From an uncultured delta proteobacterium (GTDB taxonomy: Bacteria > Myxococcota_A > Polyangia > Polyangiales > Polyangiaceae), in assembly GCA_963850305.1 (NCBI GenBank), contig CAWKKR010000007.1:928001-992000 (forward strand): a DNA stretch of 64,000 bases, read 5' to 3'. The number at the start of each line of letters is the position of its first letter. Position 1 is the first letter of the stretch. The notes below the pieces were generated by a model. It was not told the DNA's origin. It did not search any database and saw only the letters and a program-made list of their open reading frames with translations. The translations under genes were made by a program, and so were the position numbers. This document shows, piece after piece, positions 8,434 through 16,404 of this stretch.

Positions 8434-9533
8434 TTCGGCAACCGGTAGTCGAAGGAGAACGGAATGAAGACCGAGATGCCGAGCTGTGCTTGCACGTTGT
8501 TCGTCAGGCGTGCAGACGGGTCGTACCAGGTGCTGGGGTCCTTCGGATTGGCCGCCACCGTCGTCGATTCGATCTTGTCGTCGAAGATGTAATCCCGGAC
8601 CTCCATGTCAGCGGCAAACCACCGGCTGAAGAAGACCCGAAGCCCGAGCCCGGCGTTGAACGCGAGCTCCGGCTTGAAGTCGAACGTGCGGTTATCCGGG
8701 TCGATGGTCGGGATGGGGCGTGCGCTCAGGGCGCCGACGCCTCCCACGACGTAAGCGTCGTACTGGAAGATGAAGTCGGCAAAGCCCGAGAACTTTCCGG
8801 CGACGGGGACGTATGTGAAATTCAGCGCGCCGCCCCACTGATATTCCGTGAGCGGCACCGCGATGCGTGCCGCGCGGCGCGTCTCGAAGTTGAACAAGCT
8901 GTCCGCGTTGAAGGGCTGGTAGTAGTTGCCATTCACGCCGATCGCGAGAACCTGCGTGATCCAGTAGTTCAGCCCGACCCCAGGCCCGTCGTGCGAGACG
9001 AACTGATCGTTCAACGTGAGCGACCAGTACGGCATCAACTCCACGCGGTGCTTGCGGAGCGCGAACACCTGCTGGACGGCGTAAACCTGCTCCTTGATGT
9101 CTTTCGCCGCTTCCTTGTCGAAGTCCACCTTGGGGCAAGCGTCGGGGTCGACCTTGCAGATGCCCTCGAGGTCGCCGCTGGCCGCGGGGGTCTCGCCTTC
9201 ATCGCTTTCGTCGCCACCGGACTGGTCTCCGCCCTCGCCACCGGACTGGTCTCCGCCCTGATCGCCACCGGACTGGTCTCCGCCTTGATCACCGCCTTTG
9301 GTAGCGCCCCCGCTGTCATCATCGGAGTCGTCCGACTTGTCCGCTCCCTTTGGCTTGCTCGCTCCCTTGTCGCTGTCGTCGCTGTCGCTGTCGCTGTCGT
9401 CGTCGCTATCGTCGTCCTTCGACGCAGCGGCAGCATGCTTGGCCGTGCCTTTGCCCTTACCCTTAGCGTGAGCGCTGAGGGGGTAGTGGCAGAGAGCGAC
9501 AGCGACCAGCAGCGCAATGCGGACCTTCTTCAT
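8430..9533 (-). CDS. gltB: Outer-membrane beta-barrel protein, gliding GltB-like, with long acidic low-complexity N-terminus
   Basis: Signal peptide (AHA-K), D/S/G-rich linker, VYAVQQVFALRKHRVELMP...LNDQF, PVAGKF and C-terminal LGISVFIP. Paired with a second barrel gene near the other glt genes. Confidence 0.65.
   Translation of the reverse strand: MKKVRIALLVAVALCHYPLSAHAKGKGKGTAKHAAAASKDDDSDDDSDSDSDDSDKGASKPKGADKSDDSDDDSGGATKGGDQGGDQSGGDQGGDQSGGEGGDQSGGDESDEGETPAASGDLEGICKVDPDACPKVDFDKEAAKDIKEQVYAVQQVFALRKHRVELMPYWSLTLNDQFVSHDGPGVGLNYWITQVLAIGVNGNYYQPFNADSLFNFETRRAARIAVPLTEYQWGGALNFTYVPVAGKFSGFADFIFQYDAYVVGGVGALSARPIPTIDPDNRTFDFKPELAFNAGLGLRVFFSRWFAADMEVRDYIFDDKIESTTVAANPKDPSTWYDPSARLTNNVQAQLGISVFIPFSFDYRLPK
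9211..9296 (-). repeat. Intragenic 24-27 bp tandem repeat (GGDQSGGE/D) x3
   Basis: TCGCCACCGGACTGGTCTCCGCC at 9211, 9235 and 9262. A nearby (GTCGCT)n tract at ~9369-9415 encodes DSDSD. Confidence 0.85.
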
Positions 9534-9649
9534 ACTTCTTCCGCTTTCCCCGAGGCAGGGCCTACTCCGGCGCAGTCAGTGTAACTCTTCACACCGGGTG
9601 TAACTGGCGGGAACTACAAGCAAAATTACCCAATCGAAAACGCGGGGCG

Positions 9650-9679
9650 ACTATATCACGCTAAATTTGAGGCAATCAA
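9650..9679 (-). promoter_or_regulatory. Candidate sigma70 promoter (extended -10) for the gltB-gltA-like pair
   Basis: Minus strand TTGATT-N18-TATAGT with TG immediately before the -10 (TGa-TATAGT), in an AT-enriched intergenic stretch. Confidence 0.5.
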
Positions 9680-9811
9680 CAACCAAAACTCACGCGGCGA
9701 CTTGGCAAATCCTCAAAATCTTCTTCGCCGCGCCAAGTCAAAGCCATCCTCACATCAACCCACTCGCCACTTCTCGCTCAGAGCGCGCGGCACGCGAAGC
9801 GGAAACGGGCT

Positions 9812-11050
9812 TCACGCTTCCGCCGCGGCGGAGTCGGGGCCAAGCAGCGCGTCCACGAACTCCGCTGGCGAAAACTCATGCAGATCGTCGGGTCGTTCAC
9901 CGAGTCCCACGAAGCGAACGGGCAGCGCGAGCTCATCCGAGATCCCGAGAACGACGCCGCCCTTGGCAGTGCCGTCGAGCTTGGTGAGCACGATGCCCGT
10001 CAGATCGAGGGCGGCTTTGAACTCGGTTGCCTGCGCGAGCGCGTTCTGTCCATTCGTCGCGTCGATGACGAGCAGGATCTCGTGCGGCGCACCTTCCAGT
10101 GCCTTGCTCGCGGTGCGAGCAATCTTTTGCATTTCCGCCATCAAGTTCGTCTTCGTGTGCAATCGCCCGGCCGTGTCCGCGAGCACGACGTCCGCGCCGA
10201 TGGCCTGGGCCTTCTGGATGGCTTCGAAGACTACGCTGCCCGGATCCGCGCCGTCCTTGCCGCGGACGACCTCGCACCCGACGCGCGAGCCCCAGACGGC
10301 GAGCTGCTGTACGGCGGCGGCGCGAAAGGTATCTCCGGCGGCCAGGACGACTTTGACGCCCTCGTCCTTCAACTTGGTCGCCAGCTTGCCGATGGTCGTC
10401 GTCTTGCCCGCGCCGTTGACGCCGACGAAGAGCACGACCGTCGGTTTCGCCTTCAGCTCGAGCGAGCGCACTTTGCCGCCGAGATCGAGAATCCGGCGCG
10501 ACTCTTCGCGCAATGCTTCCCAGACCCTCTCCGGATCGACGTGCTCACCTTTGCCGAGCGTGGCGCGCACGCGCTCGAGAATCGTGGCCGTCGTCTTGAC
10601 TCCGACGTCCGAGGCGAGGAGCACTTCCTCGATCGAGGCGGCGATCGCCTGGTCGATTTCCGGGCGTCCGCCGAACAGGCTCTTCAGCTTTCCGAAGAAC
10701 CCCTCCGACTCGCGCGATCTGGCGAGTCCGCGCCGCAGACTGTCCACGTCCGCTCGACGGGAGAAAAGCCGGCGTGCGGGCGCTTCGGGAGCCGGTCTTT
10801 CCGGTGCCGCCGGAGGTTCCGCCGCGGGGGCGGGCTCCGACGGCGCGGTCTCGGGGCGGACCGAGGCCGCTTTTGCCGCTTCGCGGGGTGCAGCCTCGGG
10901 CTTGCGAGACTCCCGCTTCGGCGCGGCGTCTTCCTTCGGCGCGAGCGCCGGCTGGGCCTTGCTTGACGGAGGAGACGGCGCCTCGGGCTTCCGGACGAAC
11001 AGGAAGTAAATGGCGACGACGACGATCAGTGCGATGATGACGAAAGTCAT
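9812..11050 (-). CDS. ftsY: Signal recognition particle receptor FtsY with N-terminal TM helix
   Basis: GVNGAGKTTT, DTFRAAA, DTAGR and TKLDGTAKGG. Start at ATG 11050 (MTFVIIALIVVVAIYFLFVRK). Confidence 0.95.
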   Translation of the reverse strand: MTFVIIALIVVVAIYFLFVRKPEAPSPPSSKAQPALAPKEDAAPKRESRKPEAAPREAAKAASVRPETAPSEPAPAAEPPAAPERPAPEAPARRLFSRRADVDSLRRGLARSRESEGFFGKLKSLFGGRPEIDQAIAASIEEVLLASDVGVKTTATILERVRATLGKGEHVDPERVWEALREESRRILDLGGKVRSLELKAKPTVVLFVGVNGAGKTTTIGKLATKLKDEGVKVVLAAGDTFRAAAVQQLAVWGSRVGCEVVRGKDGADPGSVVFEAIQKAQAIGADVVLADTAGRLHTKTNLMAEMQKIARTASKALEGAPHEILLVIDATNGQNALAQATEFKAALDLTGIVLTKLDGTAKGGVVLGISDELALPVRFVGLGERPDDLHEFSPAEFVDALLGPDSAAAEA

Positions 11051-11108
11051 GCTCTCTCTGCCGTTTCGGCGAGCGGGGTGGCCACTATTCAACGCGGCGT
11101 GTCGGGCG

Positions 11109-12845
11109 TCAACGCGGTTTGCTGGACGGGGGCTCCCTGGCGATCAGTTCGCTTTCTCTGCGCTCGTCCGGGGGCACCGGGCCGTAGGCGGCTTCGGTCA
11201 CCGAAATGGCCCAATCCGCGACGGCGCGATCCTTCCGTCGTCCGGCGACTGCCGCAAGCTCGAGCGGAGTCGGCTCCTTGTGACCTGCCGCCCAGGCGTG
11301 ACCGCCGCGGCGAGCCCAGGCAACCAGGCGGTCGAGGAGCGCCCGCCGCCGCGAGACGAGGCTGATGGCGAGCACGCCATCGCGCGGCGCTCGTTCGGAC
11401 AGGGTCGCGTGGTGCGGTGCGGTCGCGACGAGCCGTGCACCGTCGTTACGCGCCGCTGCCACGTGCGGCAGGTGGAACGCACCTTCCGCGGAGGTCGTCT
11501 GCGTCGCGGCCACGCCTTCGCCGTCGAACGCTGGCACGATGATGCTGACGCGAGCGCCGGCGATCGGCGTCCCATCGTGGGCATCGACGACGCGGCCCCG
11601 GAAACCTTTCTGCGACGCATCGGCCTCGATCAATTCCAGCGCGGGGCGTCCATCGGTCGGAAGACTGCCGGCGAGCGTGCGGGTGCGGACTGCTCGCGCG
11701 GGCCGCTTCCACGACCGCATGACCCAGTACGCCACCGCCGCGGCGGCGAAGAGCCATGGCGTGCCGCCCCACGGACTGGGCGGACGCACGGGCACATCGA
11801 TCGCGAGCGGTTCTCCGGGGGTCCAGCCGCCGCTGGAGGGGACGTAGCGGAGCACGATCGACGCCGGCTTGTTCCGCGATGCCGTGAATGTCGCGACGAC
11901 GTTCGCGGCACCCGCCGACACGGGCCCGAGCCCGACCGGTTCATCCTCGGACGTTGCCTCGACGAAACCGTCTGATACTGCCCCTGCTGCCGAGCTGACC
12001 CCGACGGTCAGAGCGACGCCCTGCGAGGGATCGGACGGGCCCGGCGCGCGCGCGAGTGACAGGTGCGCCGTGGCGCGGCGCTCGAGGAGCGCCGTTTCCG
12101 CGGCTGGCGCGAGAACCCCGCTGCCGCGGAATCGGACGATGAGCTTGCCGGTGCCCGGCGCTCCGAGAACGCGTGAATCCACGTCGAACTTCGCAGTACC
12201 TCCGATCGCCACGTCGGTTGCGCCGAGTTCCACTTCAGCCTTCGCGTCGAGCGAAGGCTGATGAAGCAGGACGAGGCGCACCGGGTCGCCGGCGCTGCCG
12301 CCATCGGCAACCGCCGTCGTCACCCAGACGACGAGGGAAGGCGAGTCGAGCGACGCGACGAGCGTTGCGGACTCGAAGTGTAGAGACAACCGCCGCTGTC
12401 CCGTCTCGCGTGGCACGGTCGCGGATGCAGCTCCGTGAAATCGATCCCCCGCGTAAGCAAGCGAGCTCCCCTCGACGCCGTCAGCGGAAGGCAAGCGAAT
12501 ACAGAAGAAGCCCAGAGCGTCCGTGTGCACCGAGACCAGCCCGCTCGTGACGTCGACGCGTTCCCCGGCGCGGCACCCGCTCGCGTTCGCGCCGTCCTCC
12601 GCGACCGACAGGGTGACGTCCGCGTCCTGGACGGGCTGTCCGACTTCGTCTCGGAGCCCCCCCGACACCTCCAGGGCGTCCGGACCTCGCACGAGCCCGA
12701 CGTTCACGAACGCCGCGTCGGCATGCACACGGAGTGCTTCACGCGCACCGGCAGCGCCGGCCACGCCGATGACCGCGAGCAGCGTTGCGAGGGCGTGCCC
12801 GACCTGCACGATGTGCCTGACGCGAAGCGCCCGAGTGCGCGGCAT
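11109..12845 (-). CDS. Membrane-anchored protein with Ig-like/carboxypeptidase-regulatory-like beta-sandwich domains
   Basis: Signal-like N-terminus, GGLRDEVGQPVQDADVTL and GRVVDAHDGTPIAGARVSI motifs, one internal TM (WLFAAAAVAYWVM). Start uncertain. Confidence 0.65.
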   Translation of the reverse strand: MPRTRALRVRHIVQVGHALATLLAVIGVAGAAGAREALRVHADAAFVNVGLVRGPDALEVSGGLRDEVGQPVQDADVTLSVAEDGANASGCRAGERVDVTSGLVSVHTDALGFFCIRLPSADGVEGSSLAYAGDRFHGAASATVPRETGQRRLSLHFESATLVASLDSPSLVVWVTTAVADGGSAGDPVRLVLLHQPSLDAKAEVELGATDVAIGGTAKFDVDSRVLGAPGTGKLIVRFRGSGVLAPAAETALLERRATAHLSLARAPGPSDPSQGVALTVGVSSAAGAVSDGFVEATSEDEPVGLGPVSAGAANVVATFTASRNKPASIVLRYVPSSGGWTPGEPLAIDVPVRPPSPWGGTPWLFAAAAVAYWVMRSWKRPARAVRTRTLAGSLPTDGRPALELIEADASQKGFRGRVVDAHDGTPIAGARVSIIVPAFDGEGVAATQTTSAEGAFHLPHVAAARNDGARLVATAPHHATLSERAPRDGVLAISLVSRRRALLDRLVAWARRGGHAWAAGHKEPTPLELAAVAGRRKDRAVADWAISVTEAAYGPVPPDERRESELIAREPPSSKPR

Positions 12846-12935
12846 GCGGCGTCGAGCCTACACCCGAAACTCGCTACGGTTCGGGGGTCTCGTCTTGACA
12901 TCGTTCGCCGCAAAACGGATGGTGGAGTGCTCGCC

Positions 12936-13766
12936 GTGCTGTCTTCCGCTCTTCGCGTCGGATTCGTCACGCTGGGGTCGATCGCGTTGTTCGTTGCGGC
13001 GTCGTGCGTGTGCACCGTCGCGCGGGCCGACGCCAGCGTCGACCACATGGCGAGCGAGCTCCGGAACAACGAAGACTTCCGGGTTCGCACCCAGGCGGCG
13101 CTCGCGCTCGGGGCGTCGCGCGACAAGGCCGCCGTCGCGCCCCTCTGCGAAGGACTCGACGACTCGAACACGTCCGTTCGCGCCGCCGCCGCCGCGGCTC
13201 TCGGCAAGCTCGCGCTCGGCGGCGCGAACTGCCTCAAAGCGCACCTGTCGAGCGAGGCGAACGCGTCCGTCCGGACCGTCATCGAAAAGGCGATATCGAG
13301 CGCGAGCGGGGGAGGCGGCCAGGCCGGCGTGTCTGCGGAAACGAAGTACTACATCGCGGTGGGTCCCACGACGGACAAGACCGGGCGCGGTGGCACCGGG
13401 GTGGACGACATGGTGCACGACGCCATGGTCCAGGCCGCGGGTGGGCTCGACGGCTGCGTGGTCGCGCCGCGTGAAGAAAAGGCCGAGGCCGCGAAGGCGC
13501 TCGTCGCGAAGTACAAGCAGATGAAGACCTTCTTCCTGTGGCCCAAGGTGCAGGCCCCGGACTACGGCGGCGGAAACCTGACGGTCAGGTTCGAGATCGC
13601 GGTCTTCACTTATCCGAGCAAGGCTTTGAAGGGGACGATACCCCTCAAGCTGACGATGCCGGATGTTCCGACGACGGACCGGAGCTCGGAAGACGACCTA
13701 ATCCGGCGTGCAGCTGAGTCTGCGCTTCAACGCTTCTTCGAGAACGCGGACAGGTTCGCACAGTGA
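12936..13766 (+). CDS. Exported HEAT-repeat protein
   Basis: GGAG then GTG 12936, signal peptide (ARA-D), HEAT repeats DFRVRTQAALALG and SVRAAAAAALGKL, plus an alpha/beta C-terminal domain. Confidence 0.7.
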   Translation: MLSSALRVGFVTLGSIALFVAASCVCTVARADASVDHMASELRNNEDFRVRTQAALALGASRDKAAVAPLCEGLDDSNTSVRAAAAAALGKLALGGANCLKAHLSSEANASVRTVIEKAISSASGGGGQAGVSAETKYYIAVGPTTDKTGRGGTGVDDMVHDAMVQAAGGLDGCVVAPREEKAEAAKALVAKYKQMKTFFLWPKVQAPDYGGGNLTVRFEIAVFTYPSKALKGTIPLKLTMPDVPTTDRSSEDDLIRRAAESALQRFFENADRFAQ

Positions 13767-13920
13767 GAGCTCTCGTTTACGGGTCCCCTTATCGAACGCC
13801 GGAAAAGTGCCGCCACGCGCTTGCACCGCGGGACCGTAGCCCCGTACGCTTCCGGGGTAGGAGTTTCGGATCCCGCACGCGCAGGGAGCGCCGGCAGAGC
13901 ATTTTTCGGAGAACACGGTC

Positions 13921-14709
13921 ATGGGAGTAGCGACATCGGTCTCCGTGGGTCCGCCGGGGCGCCATCAACGTCGGCTCAGGAACTACCTGCTCGACGCGCA
14001 TTTTCAGCTCAAGTACGCGGGCTACCTCGTCGGCATCGCCTTCGTCCTCAGCGTCTCCCTCGGGACGATTCTCTGGCGAACCAGCACGGCTGTCATCGCC
14101 GAGAGCCGCGAGTCGGTCGCCGTCGGAGAGCAGGTCGTCGAGCGCGGCCGAGACGTCGTGAAGGAGAGCAAGAAGGTCAACGCGGTCGTTCAGATGAACA
14201 TCGTGCGTGATCCGGCGTACGCGGACAATCCCGCGCTCCTCACGGCGTTCCAGTCGGATGCCAAGGACAACGACGACAAGCTCAACAATCAACAGAGCGG
14301 GCTCGAAGATCAGGCGAAGCGGCTGAAGGACGAAGCCACGCGCCTCGAATCCCAGCAGCGCGACGTCGGGACCGCGCTCGTTCTCTTGCTGGCCTTGTTC
14401 GTCGTGGGCGTGGGACTCGCGGGGATCGTCGTCACGCACCGGATAGCGGGCCCCATCTACAAGATGAAGCGCCAGTTGAAGGAGCTCGGAGACGGCAACT
14501 ATCAGATCCCGTATCCGCTCAGGAAAGGTGACGAGCTGGTCGAGTTCTTCGAGCAGTTCCGGACGATGGTCAGGCAGCTCCGCGAACGGCAGGAAAAGGA
14601 GATCGCCCTCCTCGACCGCGCGATCCTGAATCTATCCGCGAAGACCGATGAAGCGGAGCTCAGCGAGCTGAAGAGCCTGCGCGAGAACATGCAGGCGAGT
14701 CTCAATTAG
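13921..14709 (+). CDS. Two-TM HAMP-domain protein without signalling output domain
   Basis: RNYLLDAHFQLKY, TM, coiled periplasmic region, TM, then THRIAGPIYKMKRQL...LRKGDEL HAMP and a short coil. Confidence 0.8.
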   Translation: MGVATSVSVGPPGRHQRRLRNYLLDAHFQLKYAGYLVGIAFVLSVSLGTILWRTSTAVIAESRESVAVGEQVVERGRDVVKESKKVNAVVQMNIVRDPAYADNPALLTAFQSDAKDNDDKLNNQQSGLEDQAKRLKDEATRLESQQRDVGTALVLLLALFVVGVGLAGIVVTHRIAGPIYKMKRQLKELGDGNYQIPYPLRKGDELVEFFEQFRTMVRQLRERQEKEIALLDRAILNLSAKTDEAELSELKSLRENMQASLN

Positions 14710-14730
14710 CCGTGTCGCGCGGCGACGGAT

Positions 14731-15186
14731 CTAGAAAGCAGCCTTCGCGTATTCGACGGTGGGCACGCCGTCCGTGAACGCGACGCTTGCGGCATCGATG
14801 CGCAGCCGATCGACGGTCGCATCGTCGCGGTAGCGATCTCTCCAGAGACGCTCGGCGGCGCGGCGAACGCGCGCGCGCTTCTTCGAGTCCAGGCTGCCGA
14901 AGGCACTCGTCCAGGCCTTGCCTCCTCGTGCCCGCACTTCCACGACGATCACGACGCGCCGGTGGCGCGCGACGATGTCGAGCTCGAGCCGCCCGACGCG
15001 GAGGTTCGTCGCGACGATGCTCGCGCCCGCGCTCTTCAGGTATTCGACGACCGCGGCTTCAGCGCGCTTCCCCAGGTCTTGCGCCCGGGCGGCGCGAGTG
15101 CGTTCAGTTGATGCCGTCGGGGTGCACCGGCCCGCAGGTTTCCCCGGCAAGCAAGCAAGGGCTCCCGCTCGCCACTTGAGCGGCAT
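14731..15186 (-). CDS. yraN: YraN (UPF0102) family putative endonuclease; true start uncertain and probably downstream of 15186
   Basis: LGKRAEAAVVEYL, NLRVGRLELDIVA, VEVRAR and RIDAASV motifs. Confidence 0.8.
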   Translation of the reverse strand: MPLKWRAGALACLPGKPAGRCTPTASTERTRAARAQDLGKRAEAAVVEYLKSAGASIVATNLRVGRLELDIVARHRRVVIVVEVRARGGKAWTSAFGSLDSKKRARVRRAAERLWRDRYRDDATVDRLRIDAASVAFTDGVPTVEYAKAAF

Positions 15187-15763
15187 TCGTCAGCGCCGTT
15201 CCCGCCTTGATGCAATAGGATCCTGCGAGCTGCCCGCCGCCGCTTCCGGTGCCTGCAGCGGTGACCAGACCCTGCGGAATCAGCTCGGTACACGAATAGC
15301 CGCTCGGGCACTGGCAGTACCGAACCCCCTTGTCGGGGCCATCGCAGCGACACGAGCAATACACGGCGTCGCTCGTCTGGCGACTCAACAACTGCGGGGG
15401 GACCGCGACGGCGATCAGGTTTTGAGGATTGCCATCCGCGGCCGCTCCGGGCACGTAGCACCGATTCTTCGGGTCGATGCTCGGATCTGCGAGGTTCGCT
15501 TCTTCGGGCGTGGCGGGGCTCGGGTTCGCGAGCTGCCCGTACGGGCAGCTCACGCGACCCGCGAAGTGATTCACGAGACAGAGCCGCGACTCGCACTGGA
15601 ACGAGCGGCTCTCGGTGTAGACCTGTGTGACGTCGTACCCCGCGAAGTTCTGGTCGTATTCTTGTTCGGGGACGCACGGATCACCGACGCCGGTGCTCTG
15701 GCAGGCGGCCGCGCCGAGACTCAGAACTGCAGCGATGAGAAGAAGCGTATTGGTCCGACGCAC
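15104..15763 (-). CDS. gltK: Cys-rich outer-membrane lipoprotein, GltK/CglC(AgmO)-like
   Basis: GAGG RBS and GTG 15763, lipobox AAAC, then GDPCVP...SFQCESRLC...YCSCRC...GSYC. Divergent from gltC. Assignment rests on Cys pattern and synteny. Confidence 0.55.
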   Translation of the reverse strand: MRRTNTLLLIAAVLSLGAAACQSTGVGDPCVPEQEYDQNFAGYDVTQVYTESRSFQCESRLCLVNHFAGRVSCPYGQLANPSPATPEEANLADPSIDPKNRCYVPGAAADGNPQNLIAVAVPPQLLSRQTSDAVYCSCRCDGPDKGVRYCQCPSGYSCTELIPQGLVTAAGTGSGGGQLAGSYCIKAGTALTNAAQVASGSPCLLAGETCGPVHPDGIN

Positions 15764-15927
15764 GGGTGCCTCGTGGGAATTATAGGCCTGAAAGCCTTCC
15801 TTCACGCGCCGGCACCGTAACCTCTCGCGCGGAATTCCGTCAACGGCAAAGCGTCCAGAGGATTTCGCGTCGCGATGCGCAGCGAAGCCTTCATGTGGAG
15901 CTGCTTGCTCCAGCCGATGCGCGGCGC

Positions 15928-16001
15928 CGAGCGAAGCGAGCCCGCCGAACGCGGCGGGGGGAGCGGTCGGGCCAGCGAACTGCGGGGGGCAAAAAGCCCC
16001 C
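15928..16001 (+). repeat. Structured dispersed repeat (REP/MITE-like), copy 1
   Basis: CGAGCGAAGCGAGCCCGCCGAACGCGGCGGGGGGAGCGGTCG...GCGGGGGGCAAAAAGCCCCC closely matches the reverse complement of 59283-59353. Confidence 0.75.
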
Positions 16002-16251
16002 GGGGACCCAATTTCACGTCGCGCACGGTCGCTTCTGGATAGCGAGTAACTGGTCGCGTCGTGGAGTGCATCATGGTCGATCTGATGCTGAGTGTGAGCG
16101 CGATCGAATATCGGCTCGTCATGAGCGCGCATCGATCGAGAGTCGCATGCGATGGGTGATGACGATCCAAATTTCTCCCCCGCACGGAAGTCGCGCGGTC
16201 GTCACCAAAAATGCGGATGTGGATGAACGTTTCCACTCTCGGCAGCCAGTC

Positions 16252-16281
16252 TTGACAAGGAGAACACGGGGTATCTAACAT
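16252..16281 (+). promoter_or_regulatory. Candidate sigma70 promoter of the gltC-G operon
   Basis: TTGACA-N18-TAACAT about 125 nt upstream of the gltC start, which has an AAGGAG RBS. Confidence 0.55.
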
Positions 16282-16404
16282 CCCCGCTGCCGCGAGCAGG
16301 TATCTATTGATTCTCACTGGCTTTTTGGGATCGCGCGCCGGCTCGCGAGGACGCGAGGTGCGGTCGCGATCACCGCGGAATCCGTGTCGTGAAGGAGAAA
16401 TCTC

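Noticed and set aside
9579..9655. GTGTAACT direct repeat and a CAATC-N13-GACTA near-palindrome upstream of gltB as a DigR-type site
   Set aside because: Weak match, with spacing and sequence not convincing without a position weight matrix.
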